From NCBI RefSeq assembly GCF_902652985.1, contig NC_047023.1:10416001-10480000 (forward strand): a DNA stretch of 64,000 bases, read 5' to 3'. Below, piece after piece: positions 13,975 through 26,321 of the stretch. The notes below the pieces were generated by a model. That model searched no databases and was not told where the DNA came from. It saw nothing but the letters and a program-made list of their open reading frames with translations. Source of the stretch: Pecten maximus. Its lineage: Eukaryota. Position 1 is the first letter of the stretch. Each line of letters begins with the position of its first letter. The position numbers and the translations under genes were made by a program.

Positions 13975-14990
13975 CAATACACGTGTTTGTAATTATCTGT
14001 GTAGAGTATAAATATCTACAGTAATACACGTGTTTGTAATTATCTGTATAGAGTATAAATATCTACAGTTATAAACGTTTTCGTAATTATCTGTATAGAA
14101 TTTAAATATCTAGTTATAAACGTTTTTGTACTTATCCGTGTAGAGCATACATATCCACAGTAATATACGTGATTATAATTATCTGTGTATTGAATAAATA
14201 CCTACAGTTATACACGTATTTGTAATTATATGTGTAGAGTATACATATCTACAGTAATACACGTATTTGTAAATAGATGTGTAGAGTATAACTATCTACA
14301 GTAATACACGTATTTGTAAATATATGTGTAGAGTATAAATATCTACAGTAATACACGTATTTGTAAATATATGTGTAGAGTATAAATATCTACAGTAATA
14401 CACGTATTTGTAAATAGATGTGTAGAGTATAAATATCTACAGTAATACACGTATTTGTAAATAGATGTGTAGAGTATAAATATCTACAGTAATACACGTA
14501 TTTGTAAATATATGTGTAGAGTATAAATATCTACAGTAATACACGTATTTGTAAATATATGTGTAGAGTATAAATATCTACAGTAATACATATTGTGTTT
14601 GTGATTGATTGTGAAAATGAATGTCTACAGTAATACACGTGTTTGTTCTTACCTGTATATATCTACATTAAGACACGTGTTTGTGATTATGAATATGATT
14701 GTCTAGAGTAAGACACGTGTTTGTGATTATCTGTGTTTATGATTGTCTACAACAAAACAGGTGTTCGTGATTAACTATGTATATGATTGTCTACAGTAAG
14801 ACACGTGTTTGTGATTATCTGTGTTTATCATTGTCTACAGTAAGACACCTGTTTGTGATTGTCTGTGTTTATCATTGTCTACAATAAGACACCTGTTCGT
14901 GATTATCTGTGTTATGATTGTCTACAGTAAGACACGTGTTTGTGATTATCTCTGTAGATAAATATCTATTGTAGTACATGTCTTTGATCT
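13975..14990. repeat. 47-bp minisatellite grading into a related 44-bp unit
   Basis: ctacagtaatacacgtatttgtaaatatatgtgtagagtataaatat (14343/14390 = 47 bp), then ctacagtaagacacgtgtttgtgattatctgtgtttatcattgt (14791/14835 = 44 bp). Confidence 0.9.
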
Positions 14991-15153
14991 CTGTAGAGTA
15001 TTGCTACAGTAGTACACAAACCTTGTGAATCAGGTATTGTGATAATCATTATTACCAGGATACGAAATCACTTTGTAGAGAACAAATCCTTTCTTAATCA
15101 TTGACGTAAACGCCATCAGTCATAGTAAATATCCTCTCAAGCAACACACTTAC

Positions 15154-15661
15154 CGACAGAATTGCGCTTAGAATCCTGTCGTAGGTACAACTTTTTATCA
15201 TTCGTTCCACCGGTGGTGTTCGGCCTCTGATGTCCTCTGTCATACGGTATTAATGACTCCACACTGTTCAATGTATTCTGCCTCATCAGTGGATTTGCGC
15301 TTCTCGCCTTTCTCGTATTGTCTGTACTTTGAATTTTTAGCCTCTTTTCGGCGTCTGCTATCCTTAAAGCTCCACTACTATTCATGTTTTTATTAATGTT
15401 TGGCATTTTCCCTCTTGCCTCTAAATCTTGCATGGCAGCAAGGTCCTCAGCATTCAAGTGGGATTTGATGCGGGATACCTTGTCCTTGAAGCGCTTGTAA
15501 AACACTCGAATTCCTCTGTTATCAAGGTCTATGAGTTTGAGGGAGTATATTGCTTCTGCATCAAGGATGCTTAAGTTTTTTTGAAGGCATCGTTGTTCCT
15601 TCAAATTGAACCGAAAGGCGTTAACCTCCTTGTCACTGTTCAGGATTTTCGACCTCGACAT
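15154..15661 (-). CDS. Uncharacterised (possibly CCDC190-like) protein, first coding exon
   Basis: ATG 3 nt after the acceptor (ttccag|AAAATG); donor G|GTAAGT at 15154/15153. MSRSKILNSDKEVNAFRFNLKEQRCLQKNLSILD... aligns without gaps to the ORF starting at 1902. Confidence 0.87.
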
Positions 15662-15848
15662 TTTCTGGAAATTAAATACATAGATAATGATGTTATGTTT
15701 GACGTGTTAAAAAAGATATCTATTCAAATAAGACATCACAACAAAAATAAATGTCACTAATTCCGTGGTTTATTGATTTGTAGAACTATGTGTTATAGAT
15801 TTACGAATCTGTCATACTTTACATACACTATACGATGTGGATACTGAT

Positions 15849-16413
15849 TCATTCATTCATTCATTCATTCATTCATTCATTCTTGAATTCCTCTTAAAGA
15901 GATACAGAGAAAATACAGATAAGTACAAAGCAATTATTTTTGGTATTACAGTCAATGATTTTCAAAAGAGAAGGAAATGAAAAAATGGGTCATCGCGTTC
16001 GCGTCGCGACACGCTTTTCCTTGTTTTAAAAACTGTCCTCAGCTGCAAGGTATGCATGTGATGCAGCTCTCAGGAATCGAGTGGCCATCATCTGTAGAGA
16101 TCTGATATCTTCAGTTCTATCATTGGTTTTTCCAAATAGTATCTGGACAAAATCTTCGTCGGTAGTATTGTCCAACACAATAAAAGTTTCTGTATCGCAT
16201 AAGTCTAGGACATCTGTAATGAATTTGTCTCTTACAATATGTGTGGAATCGCACTGCGTCACGTAATGTCGTATGATGTCAGATCTTATTTTTCCACATT
16301 TGCTATATGTACATCTCTGTTCATTATTCTGTGGAGGGTAAGTTAGTAATTTTGACACGAAACGCGCACAAGCAAGGTGTGAGGATGATTTGGGGTTAAG
16401 CCAAAGTCCATAC
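15849..16413 (-). mobile_element. 5'-truncated non-LTR retrotransposon (LINE) with (GAAT)n tail and 11-bp target-site duplication
   Basis: TGGATACTGAT at 15838-15848 and 16414-16424. (TCAT)n on the + strand is a 3' microsatellite tail. The ORF ending at 16026 has C..C...D..HY...C (CTYSKCGKIRSDIIRHYVTQC), typical of LINE ORF2 C-termini. Confidence 0.8.
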
Positions 16414-17649
16414 TGGATACTGATGATTATTATCATATAAGTAAAGTGTGGCCATCATGAAACAGACATTCATCTAAACAAGTGATATACAGTTTAATTG
16501 CCGACGGAACTATGATTAAATGCATTTATTACAACAGATATAATGAACGATTTCCAGGTATTATAAGATAATCATATAAGATATCACTTGGGTTATTGAG
16601 TCATATCTTCCGCATAATATCTTAACTGCAATAGGTCTATCATATATATACACCGTATATCAATACAATTCTTAAAATGTTTTCCTCCGGGTGTTTTAAT
16701 ATACTCCAATAACAGAGAAATCATCAAATTTAAAACTACAAATTCTAACTCAAAGACAAAATTCGATACGAGCCCGTTTTGTATGACAGATTTACATTAC
16801 ACTATTGTATTTTCAGTTCGTGTTGTACGTGTTACTAATCAACAAACCTTTGTTGAAAGCAGGACAGACAGGATATCGTTGTCGTTACTCCAGAAAGGCC
16901 CGCATCACCAGGTACCTCATTTCTATCAGTAATTAAGTCCAATGTCCGCCTTTTTACTTTTTACGGCACCATGTGAATATTTCTAATTTCTGTCCTCGGC
17001 GACTAAGTCTTGTTTTGTTGTTGACCACCGAGAAAGGTCTCTCAACATAATCCAGTTTTACTAATCCATTGGTCTCGCATACACAGAGCGATTAACATAA
17101 TGCATATTAAGCCTATGTGTACGTATCTGTTCTTATTTCTATAAGATTACATGCATAAATAATAACATGTTAGCATTGGTATCCGTGTATAAGAAGCCTA
17201 TAAAGCGTGAGTCATTGTTACACCGCAGCATATTTCTATTTTATTTGAATTTAATTCTGTTCTATGGTTGATTGCGATCCGCTAACCATCATATACACAA
17301 GTGTACGTCAAGTGGTTTTTTTTTACGTTGATTACCATGTCATAAGATAAAACGCTTGTTTACAGTCTATATAATGTTTGTGATACAATCTAAATGCATA
17401 ATCGCTAAGGTCAAATCAACATAACATATTGTACTTTTAATGTAAACAAACCAATTGTGTTTCTTTAACCATGATGACGGATCCGATTTTGTTCTGGATA
17501 TTTTTAAGCATTTATATTATTGAACAAGACCGTATACAAAATTGATCCGTGTAAAAGCATTTTCAGTGATGTGTTTAATTTGTTTTTAAAAACCGACTTT
17601 TTAAAATACGATGTTGAAGAGCTTTTCAGAATAGCTAATTGTGACATTA

Positions 17650-18140
17650 AAAAGTCGTTTAGTTTCACATATAGGTGAATTGATTATATGCTATCTTTAA
17701 ACAAAAACATTATTGACTATGGAGATCGCATATACCCCGCAAAACTTTAAATCTGGGCCACTGCAGACTTTCAACATCAGCCGCTTATCTCGATCTTTCG
17801 ATCTTTACTTACAACATTAGCATTAGGGACAGCTCACAACTATGCTGTATGGTAAGCGTTTCAATTTCCGAAATGATAATTTCTTATTTCTGGATAGTAG
17901 TACCCCTGCTTTCCCTACCTGCGGTGTTTACATGTCGCAGTTGATTCGATGTTCAATAACATTATACCATTATCACGATTTCCGTTACGGATATCGACTA
18001 CTGATGCAAAACAAAAACAAAAACAAAAACAACAAACAAACAAACAAACAAAAAACAAAAACAAACAAACAACACAAAGGTTTCGCGAAATGTAGGACGA
18101 TGAAGACTATGTTTTATTGTCGACATCACGATCTCATTTG
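17650..18140 (+). mobile_element. Degenerate Penelope-like retroelement reverse-transcriptase relic
   Basis: FTYR*IDYMLSLN (decayed FRYIDDVLSLN), DRIYP, and LYGKRFNFRNDNFLFLDSSTPAFPTCGVYMSQLIR (cf. LYDKRDDFNF..NFPFL.SNIP..PAYGVYISQLIR). It has stops and frameshifts and is interrupted by (AAAC)n at ~18008-18075. Confidence 0.8.
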
Positions 18141-18273
18141 GATCAACTCGAACCTGATATGACATAGAAGTAGCAGACGCTTAATCTGGTGGAACACCTG
18201 GTCTTATTTTCCTTGCGCTTTGCCAAGGGTGCCAATACAAGCTTTATGTTGTCTTATCTTTGCCCTTGCTTTA

Positions 18274-18505
18274 AAGGGACCGCGGTGGCCTAGTGGTTAA
18301 GGTGTCCCGTCACTTTTTCACTAGCCCTCCACCTCTGAGTTGCGAGTTCGAAACCTACGTGGGGCAGTTGCCAGGTACTGACCGTAGGTCGGTGGTTTTT
18401 CCCAGGGTACTCTGGCTTTCCTCCACCTCCAAACCTGGCACGTCCTTAAATGACCCTCGCTGTTAATAGGACATCAAACAAAATAAACCAAACCAAAACC
18501 AAACT
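18274..18505 (+). mobile_element. Full-length tRNA-derived SINE (V-domain-like core, (AAACC)n tail)
   Basis: A box TGGCCTAGTGG, B box GTTCGAAAC, core ggtttttcccagggtactctggctttcctccac. 9-bp TSD cttgcttta at 18265-18273 and 18506-18514. Confidence 0.88.
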
Positions 18506-21500
18506 CTTGCTTTATCAATTCTAATTTAGAGTTGTGGATTTATTTAATTTTCGGTATTCTCTTGAGTTATTCATATATCTAAAAACCAGGTAAATATATC
18601 TCTATTCTAAGTCGCACATGTAATGTTAAACAATGAATTAAAACCTTATCCAGTTAATCCGACTTCTTAGGGTGCATTCAATTGACTATCTGATTATCCA
18701 TTGTGTATATATTTTACTACATTACTATTCTATCTCTCAGACTTCATATGCGATTGGGTCAGGCTAGGTAAGCTTGTTTGTATCAATAGGAAACAATATA
18801 CAAATAACTGTATGTATGGATTGTTGACTAATATTCTATCAAATTATTAATTTGCCCTTTATGCAATTTTGAATCAGAATTTCGTTTGAATATCTGTAAT
18901 CCCCGAAGAGACACAGATGTGACTTGTCCATAACTATTTCATATTTAATGTAATCAAATTCATTTTGATGGTTTGATTCCTATTATATAATGGTCTATAA
19001 GGAAAGCATAATCTCTTCATGGCGTGATTCTTCTTGTATATTATGTAAGCCTATCAGACAAATTGCGTCGCTATCCTTATCACAATCTGGGACTGAAAGG
19101 TCAATATATAGGGCATGTTTTCACCTATCGTATCAGTAAAGTTAGATCCCAGTTAGTCTTGTGGAGAAGCATCGTCAAACAATGGACAAGTTTCTGATAG
19201 TACTCCTTTCGTTGTCCCTTCTGTTGGGGGCGGTTGTTTCATCAGGTAGGATTTTTTCTAATGCTGTTTGTATCTAAGTCTACCTTGGGTGACTTTTCTC
19301 TCTTTTCTTCTGACCTCGAGGAAGGAATTCTATAATTTTATTCCTCTCTTAATCAGCTTGGGTTATTTCTACAATTAACGTCTTAATAAACGGATTTAAC
19401 TTACTTCTGATCTGAAAGCACTTAATCACGGTCTCTGTCACTCGGTATATGTCGGAGACCGGGTTCGATTCCTGTCAAGACACTTGACCGAAATATGCAT
19501 CACATATTCTGTCAAGAAGAGCAAATACCGGATACCTATATGGATACTTTAATTTTGATCAACATGTAGGTCCATTGTTTTTTCAGCATTGATATGTTTT
19601 TGCGCACTTTGACACGTTTCTTTTGTCAAAGCGAACCACAGAAGACATATGAAGCGCTCAATATTCAGACAAAGCTGAGCTGAGCACAGCTCATCAAGTC
19701 CAATACTGTACCACGCAAATATGTAATCAAAATGTTGTAATCCATCTCATTTGTACTTCTTGGGCGAACAATTTTGGAAGGATTTCGACATCTGTATCTA
19801 GATCAAAACAATAGGTACGTCGTCGTTTTCTTGTAAAACGCAGTTACCAACTACTTATGTGTGAAAACCACGTAGCATTTTGTGATTTTATTATACCACT
19901 TTTAACTGAGGGTATTGTCTTCTTTTTATTTGTCTATCATATAGATCTATCTTATTTTGTAGAAGTAGTGAATGAGTCAAAGGATGATCCGGAAGTGAAA
20001 ACAACTATCCATTGTAAGTATACCTGTATACCTTAAGTGTCTTCGTCTATTATTTTATAGCTCCGATACCCCTGTAATAGGTCACACTGTTTCATCATGG
20101 CAAAAATGGATTGTCTTACCTCCTGTTCTTCTCGGGGTCATCCTTTAAAATTTCCTTTGTTCATATTTTGCTCTCCTTTAGGAAGAGTTTTGTTTACCTT
20201 CGGAGGTTCCCTTTTGTTATGTCCAAAAACTAGACCGAACCTACCTCCATCTTGAGGCGCGCGTTTGCGTTATGAAATGTTGAATTATGCATCATGATTC
20301 AGCCACCCTTATTAGATGTTACCTGAGCTGTGTTAAACGGTTTGTCTCTTTAGTCAATGTGTATATAGTGTACCACATTCTTATTCCATCTCTCAGACTT
20401 CGTATGTAAAGTTACTGGGTCAGGTTAAGTAACTTTGTCTATAATCATAGACAAAATATATTAAAACCTATGTATATTTATGTGTGCAGACGTGCTGTTT
20501 AAAAGTTGGTTAAATAAATTGAATTAGCAAGTATACATACATCTACTGTAAAGTACATTTACGTTTAAAACATTCAGAAAAGAGAAGAGAATACAAACAT
20601 GCAATCCCCCGAAGTTGAGGTATGTGGGTTTTCAATTTGATGCGCATAAATGTACATGTATTTATCATTGTACCTGTAACCTAGTTTACCTTCGGTATAT
20701 CAAAGGGAGTCAGTTAGGTAATAAGATTGGATTCTTAAATAGTGTTATCCAATCGACTTTGTCACTAGACCAGTTTTATAATATGGCTAGATAGTAAGGT
20801 TTTTCCCTGTCGCAAAATAATATGACGTTTGTTTGTAAATGTGTCTGTGTAAAATATTATTTATAATGTGAAAAATCAAAGTACTATCTTTAAATTTAAT
20901 AGCGAGATTTGGTTGGTGTATGCCAGCCAGATACGGCAGATGCATCAGCAGAGAGTGTGATCTCCAAGGAGAAGAATGCTGCTGTCCGCCATTGTTCCCC
21001 GGGAAGTAATCCAATACTTAAGTGAAGCAGGCAGATATAAAATATATCGTGAAATACACAAATGTATATATTAAACTTGTGTCTGTCTGTATACATTTGA
21101 TTTGTTTATTTATTTGAATTTTAAATGAAATTTAAACCTGGGTTATATGTACTTAAAGATTTAAATATACATATTTACGCAAAATTAACATCTGCAGTTG
21201 TTAAGACACACATACAAAATTAGCACGTCTGTCTGTAACCTTCAGTAGTAAAGTTGACTTGATATCTTTTGTTTATTTTGATTTTAATCAAAATCTAATT
21301 GAATAATTTGAATTAACAATTAAACGCTAATTTTCATTATCCGCGACGATTCAGATATCCTTTTAGCGTCTACTGATGACTCTATATAAGTAAACAAGTA
21401 ATATATTTTATGTCTATACTGTTTAGAAGAAACTTAAAGTTTCACATTCCTAGGCGAAAGCTTCACGTTATTATGCTTTTTTTTTCAACGGAAATTAACC

Positions 21501-22203
21501 CAACTGACTTTTGTACACGATAGAACGGCAAAATAAAAAGAACAAATTATATTGAACTTTATTTACAAAGTATATTATGTAAATGTACAAAATTTATATA
21601 TATATATAACAATTATAACAATTATTACAGATTCATATTTCATATCTGCTGCCTCGAACGGAAGCGGGTCAGAACCATCTCCATGTAAGAGGAAATCGCA
21701 TCACCCCATATAATCGGGTAGTTGACATTTGCATGTCCGAGCGGGGAATAACATATACTAAAGAGTTAGCTTGATAGATAAAGTGAAAATTATGATAGAT
21801 GAATATTTCCGTTTGATATGATTCCAATTCAGAGCAATCAATGATAAATGTTACTCAGATAAGAGTTATATATAGATTAAAAGTATAATTGCTGTTCCAG
21901 TCTGCATATAATGTAATGAAATGTGAAAGGCAGTGTTACCATGGCATGGAATACATCATAATTAACGATGAAGATGGAATACTGGATAACATTCCCGCGG
22001 TTATGTATTTGATAACAAACCAATTCGCAGAAAAGGATGAATGGTGAAGTATGCAATGAGGTAAATGAACTTAAATGAATAACAAAACATTCTTCAAATT
22101 CCGTACATGAAAAAGATATACTTTCATACACATTGTCAATATTTCCGCTTTCATACATTTGCTCGCTACCGTACCCGATGTCTTCATGTGTGCATTGAAT
22201 CGG

Positions 22204-22225
22204 TTAAAGCCGTATCCTGAAGGAG
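22204..22225 (-). CDS. CIB1: Calcium and integrin-binding protein (CIB1-like), exon 7 (stop)
   Basis: aatttcag|C TCC TTC AGG ATA CGG CTT TAA = (S)SFRIRL*. Total CDS 561 nt, 186 aa. Confidence 0.88.
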
Positions 22226-22650
22226 CTGAAATTAAAATCAAAGGCATTATAATGAAGCAATGCATTCAACACTTTACACTATAGAATAGAAATCTGAATG
22301 TCATGTTACTACCGATCCGATTTTCCCAATATCGAGTCGCTACCAGTCCGATTGTCCCGATGTCTTGTAACGCTCAATATCAAATCACTTCTAATCCGAT
22401 TATTACTACAAATCCAGTTGCCCAATATCGAACTCTCTAGTCCAATTGTCCTAACGTTTTGCAATTTCGTTTGTCATATTCATAACTTTCTATCGAAATG
22501 AACTAACAATGCGGTGTCGGGATTAACATGACCTAGATGTAAATAACAATTCTAATATTTTCAACCAAGCTAAAATGGGGTCTTGAATTTTGAAGCCCAA
22601 CGGTACTTTGGCGTAAATATGTTCCTTTTCCTGTAAATCACTACACATAC

Positions 22651-22739
22651 CTCTCAAACTCAGGAGCTTTTGAGATGACATGTTGAAATTCTGAAAATGA
22701 TATCAAGTTATCATTATCTAGATCAGCCTCTTTCAGGAT
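22651..22739 (-). CDS. CIB1: CIB1-like, exon 6 (EF-hand 4)
   Basis: [29 protein letters not shown]; 89 bp, AG/GT flanks. Confidence 0.93.
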
Positions 22740-22889
22740 CTACAACAGAAAATGGGCGTATATATGGCTCAGAGAATAACTACGTGCAGTTTTAAAGTGG
22801 TGTTCGTGTTAGTACTTATGGTTGTAATATTTCATCATATTTTAACACAGAGTCCACGTTTGTCCATGTAATGGAGATATAAAGCCTAC

Positions 22890-23008
22890 CTCGTTGACTA
22901 GCCTATCCCTCTCTTCATCTTTCAGTACCGTCTCGTTTTGCGAGGAACTCAATCGTGTCACCATTTTCCCCAGATCTTCGCGGGATATCGCGTCGTCGTC
23001 ATCAAAGT
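22890..23008 (-). CDS. CIB1: CIB1-like, exon 5 (EF-hand 3)
   Basis: DFDDDDAISREDLGKMVTRLSSSQNETVLKDEERDRLVNE; 119 bp, AG/GT flanks. Confidence 0.93.
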
Positions 23009-23262
23009 CTGAAAGAGATGTAAAGCTTAGGAAAGTTACGCTGCCATTATGTTATTATTGATGTAACATATTCGATATCGTATTTTTGAGTAATGGTGAC
23101 ATTGTGCAAAATCTGAATTCTTATGGATAGTGGCACTCACCGGTTCATTATATACAGAAATAGGTCAAGTTCGTGTAATTTCAAAAACATTCAATATCTA
23201 AAAACAATCTTTAAATTCTTCAGAATATCCTCTAAAAAGTGTAGTTATTTCCTAATTGTTTC

Positions 23263-23549
23263 TTATTCACTCGCCAAGACGAAGTCCAGGAGAACTAATG
23301 CAATCCCCTGGCGTCGACGTCGGCGTTCGTAGACAGCTAGGGTAAAGTTTTTATATAACAGTGTGGTGTCAATACTAATGAGGATATACAGCTTAGGTAT
23401 TTAACGTATATCTTCCTCGTGATTACATCTTTCCATTGCTACTGCTTTTGCTGACCTGACCTTAGCCGTGAACTTTGACCTACTTTTGAAAAATTAATTC
23501 CTAATTTCGACCCACTCGCAGAGCTATGTTGTCAACTGCTAACTCTTGT
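23263..23549 (-). mobile_element. Short non-autonomous Helentron/HINE (pearl-like) element in CIB intron 4
   Basis: Ends ctcgccaagacgaagtc...ggcgtcgacgtcggcg and ...ctcttgtt with internal ctttgaccta motifs, resembling bivalve HINE termini. Confidence 0.5.
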
Positions 23550-23681
23550 TCGGTGTGTGATGGTGTATTGGGGTTTTGATATCATATTTCAAAGTAAAAT
23601 TATCAAAGTAATACAGTCGATTCTCCAATAGCTTCAACAGCATAACTTCTCTTTTTAATGAATTTTTAATTATTAACTTAC

Positions 23682-23826
23682 CATATATTTTGAAGGCATA
23701 TTGTGTCTTTATTTCCTTGGGAGCTTTTTCACTGAACACTGACATCATATCTAAGAAATCTTCAAAAGACAATCCACCTTCCTCTGAAGAAAACACCTTC
23801 ACTATACGGTCCTTAAACGGATTCAT
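23682..23826 (-). CDS. CIB1: CIB1-like, exon 4
   Basis: [48 protein letters not shown]; hallmark CIB NPF..RI..VFS motif; donor G|GTAAGT. Confidence 0.95.
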
Positions 23827-24174
23827 CTACAATTATTAAACACATACGTTGTCATCGTCGGCCATTTAACGATATACCACAGACAGCTAATACCGCCGAC
23901 TAGCATGTCGCCCTCAATTTAAACATTTCTTTGTATCATTCTAAGGAATATTTAATGCATATTCAATGCAAAATGATAGACTGCACTAAAAAATTAATAG
24001 GCAAGAAATTTAAGTATATTTTACGATGATATGTACTTATTTTAGTTTCCACCCGCTATACTGTATAATGTCCTTTGGATAATGAACAGATGATGGACCA
24101 AAGTCATTATCAGGTAAACAGCATTAACTTCTAAGAAAGAATACGTTTGTCTATGTAGCATATACAAACTAAAC

Positions 24175-24274
24175 CTTGAGTTCTGGCAGGGACATCACCA
24201 GGTCCTCACTTATCTTGGCATTGCGGTCTCTGTCTACGGCGTCTGGATACAGCCCTCGGAAGATCTTAAATACA
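24175..24274 (-). CDS. CIB1: CIB1-like, exon 3
   Basis: VFKIFRGLYPDAVDRDRNAKISEDLVMSLPELK; 100 bp, phases fit both neighbours. Confidence 0.92.
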
Positions 24275-26286
24275 CTGTAAATATATTACAGAAATAGGAA
24301 GGGAAGAGGATGGTGCATGTTTTTATTGTACATGTATTACTTCAACGTGAATCACATGTCAACATGTAAAGTCATACGATTTTAACATACATCATTAACT
24401 ATATTGTTTTTAAATACAGTATTATAGTTAACCACTGTGACTGAAATGTCCAGCGACCACAGAACCAAATCAAAAATAGAATGTGGGTTTTCCCCGTTTG
24501 GCAGAAGATTTAATAGGAAGGTGAATACATCGGAGGCCTACTGATTGGATATTAAGGTGAGAGAAGTTTCCAAAGTTTTAATATGTGGGTCGGGCAATAC
24601 CTATAGATGTAAAATATAGATAAAAACAGTTATTTTTTTGCTAGCCTGTTTTTGTCAGGGGGAGGTAAGTAAGTGTGTATTTTGTTGTTAATTTAGATGA
24701 ATTTTTGGTGCTGATTTCAATACAAGATGTCGGCCCCCATTTAAAAAAAGTTCAAATTGGTAGAATTTTTTATAATTCCATTTAGAGGTTTCCGAGATGA
24801 CATACTTCAAATTATTGCTACTGGACCAGTGTTGAAAACTCCATTTAAGCAGTACAGTGATAAATGTTAACATTACCGTCTATGGGAAATCATTTGGTTC
24901 CGTGGTCCCTCCAGGAGCAGAGCTACACCCTATTTCTAGTTTATATTTCATATGTCAACCAAAGAAACATTAGTACCTTTTAAAAATCATTTTGACATTT
25001 TTCGTTCGAAGGATAACATATGTTTAACAAGGGGTAATGATATTGATATACTGTATTGTACAGTATATGTATTTGATAAATCAGACGGCCAGTGCAATGC
25101 TGGAAATGATCGGACAGTGGTACCATTTAGCAGGTTAACATATAAAGTTATATAGTTTTAATAGCAGTAATCTGTATACATATATTCTATACACATATAA
25201 ACATCTTTAAGCTGGCTACGAAATGTATCTGTACACATTAAAACAATACATTTAATACAATCAGAGACACAATTCCTCTTATTGCATCTATGGATAAACA
25301 AATAAAAACCTTCCGGACAACACACGTGATGGGCACTGTCAATGACCGACTGCTCCAATACTATGAAACTCTGCTCTTTTTTTCTAATCCTTTTGGCATT
25401 TTTCGTTCGAATGATAACACAGATTTAATCAGGAACAGTGATTATTATATAATGTTAAGTATATATATTTGATAAATTGGCTAGCCAGTGCAATACTGAA
25501 ATTCTAGAATGAACAGCGATTTAACGAATGAAAAATATCGTGCTACTATATATATGGCTTTAATGGCAGTATATGTGTACATAATTATTATATACAACGT
25601 AAATGTATTGAAACTGGCTACGAAATTCATGTTTACACATAGACAAATGGTATGATCCAAACATATCAGTAATAAGCTTCACTATAGTTTTAATGGCAGT
25701 ATAGTCTGTGTACAGAATTACTATACAAATGTAAATATGTTGAAACTGGTTACGAAATTCATCTTTACACATAGACAAATAGTGGAACACAAACAGAACA
25801 GTAATAAGCTTCATTACAATAACATGTACAAATGTTCACAAATAAACAGAGATGTAAATAAGCTGGAGACGAAAATGGACTACACACGTAATCAACACAA
25901 CACTTTAATATTTGACCGTAATAAGGAATATGATTTTATACTACGCACGGAGCTTTTTTACTTTCAATAGTGGAAAATACCTATTAAATATTGCATATAA
26001 GCCTTGTTTTTTCTACTTATTTGATATTCCATATAAGAAAAATAAAATTTATGCATTTTCTTAATAATGAACGGTATTAACATATATTTAGTCCATCTGG
26101 AAACATCGAATAGTCTCCAGCATAATTTTTAGAACGTTATTTTGTCATTCTATATGAATGTGTTACAAGGTAGCAATTATGGTTAATATCTGTTGTGATG
26201 GGCATGCGAGTATTAGATAGCTTATAATGGAAGCTTTGTCGCTGCAGTATGTTTTGATCTATTATGAATATTATTTTTATACTTAC

Positions 26287-26321
26287 TGTAAAATTTCCTT
26301 TTTCGTAAAATATGTCAGATC
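26287..26321 (-). CDS. CIB1: CIB1-like, exon 2
   Basis: 35-bp exon DLTYFTKKEIL(H), flanked by caacag and GTAAGT. Confidence 0.9.

Noticed and set aside
18274-18365. tRNA-like A and B boxes considered as a tRNA gene
   Set aside because: They continue into a SINE core, tail and TSD, with no proper cloverleaf or oligo-T terminator.
22651-23008. CIB EF-hand loops lack Gly at position 6 (Asp and Asn instead)
   Set aside because: Asn/Asp are tolerated there and the ligand positions 1, 3, 5, 9 and 12 are intact, so this is not evidence of novelty.
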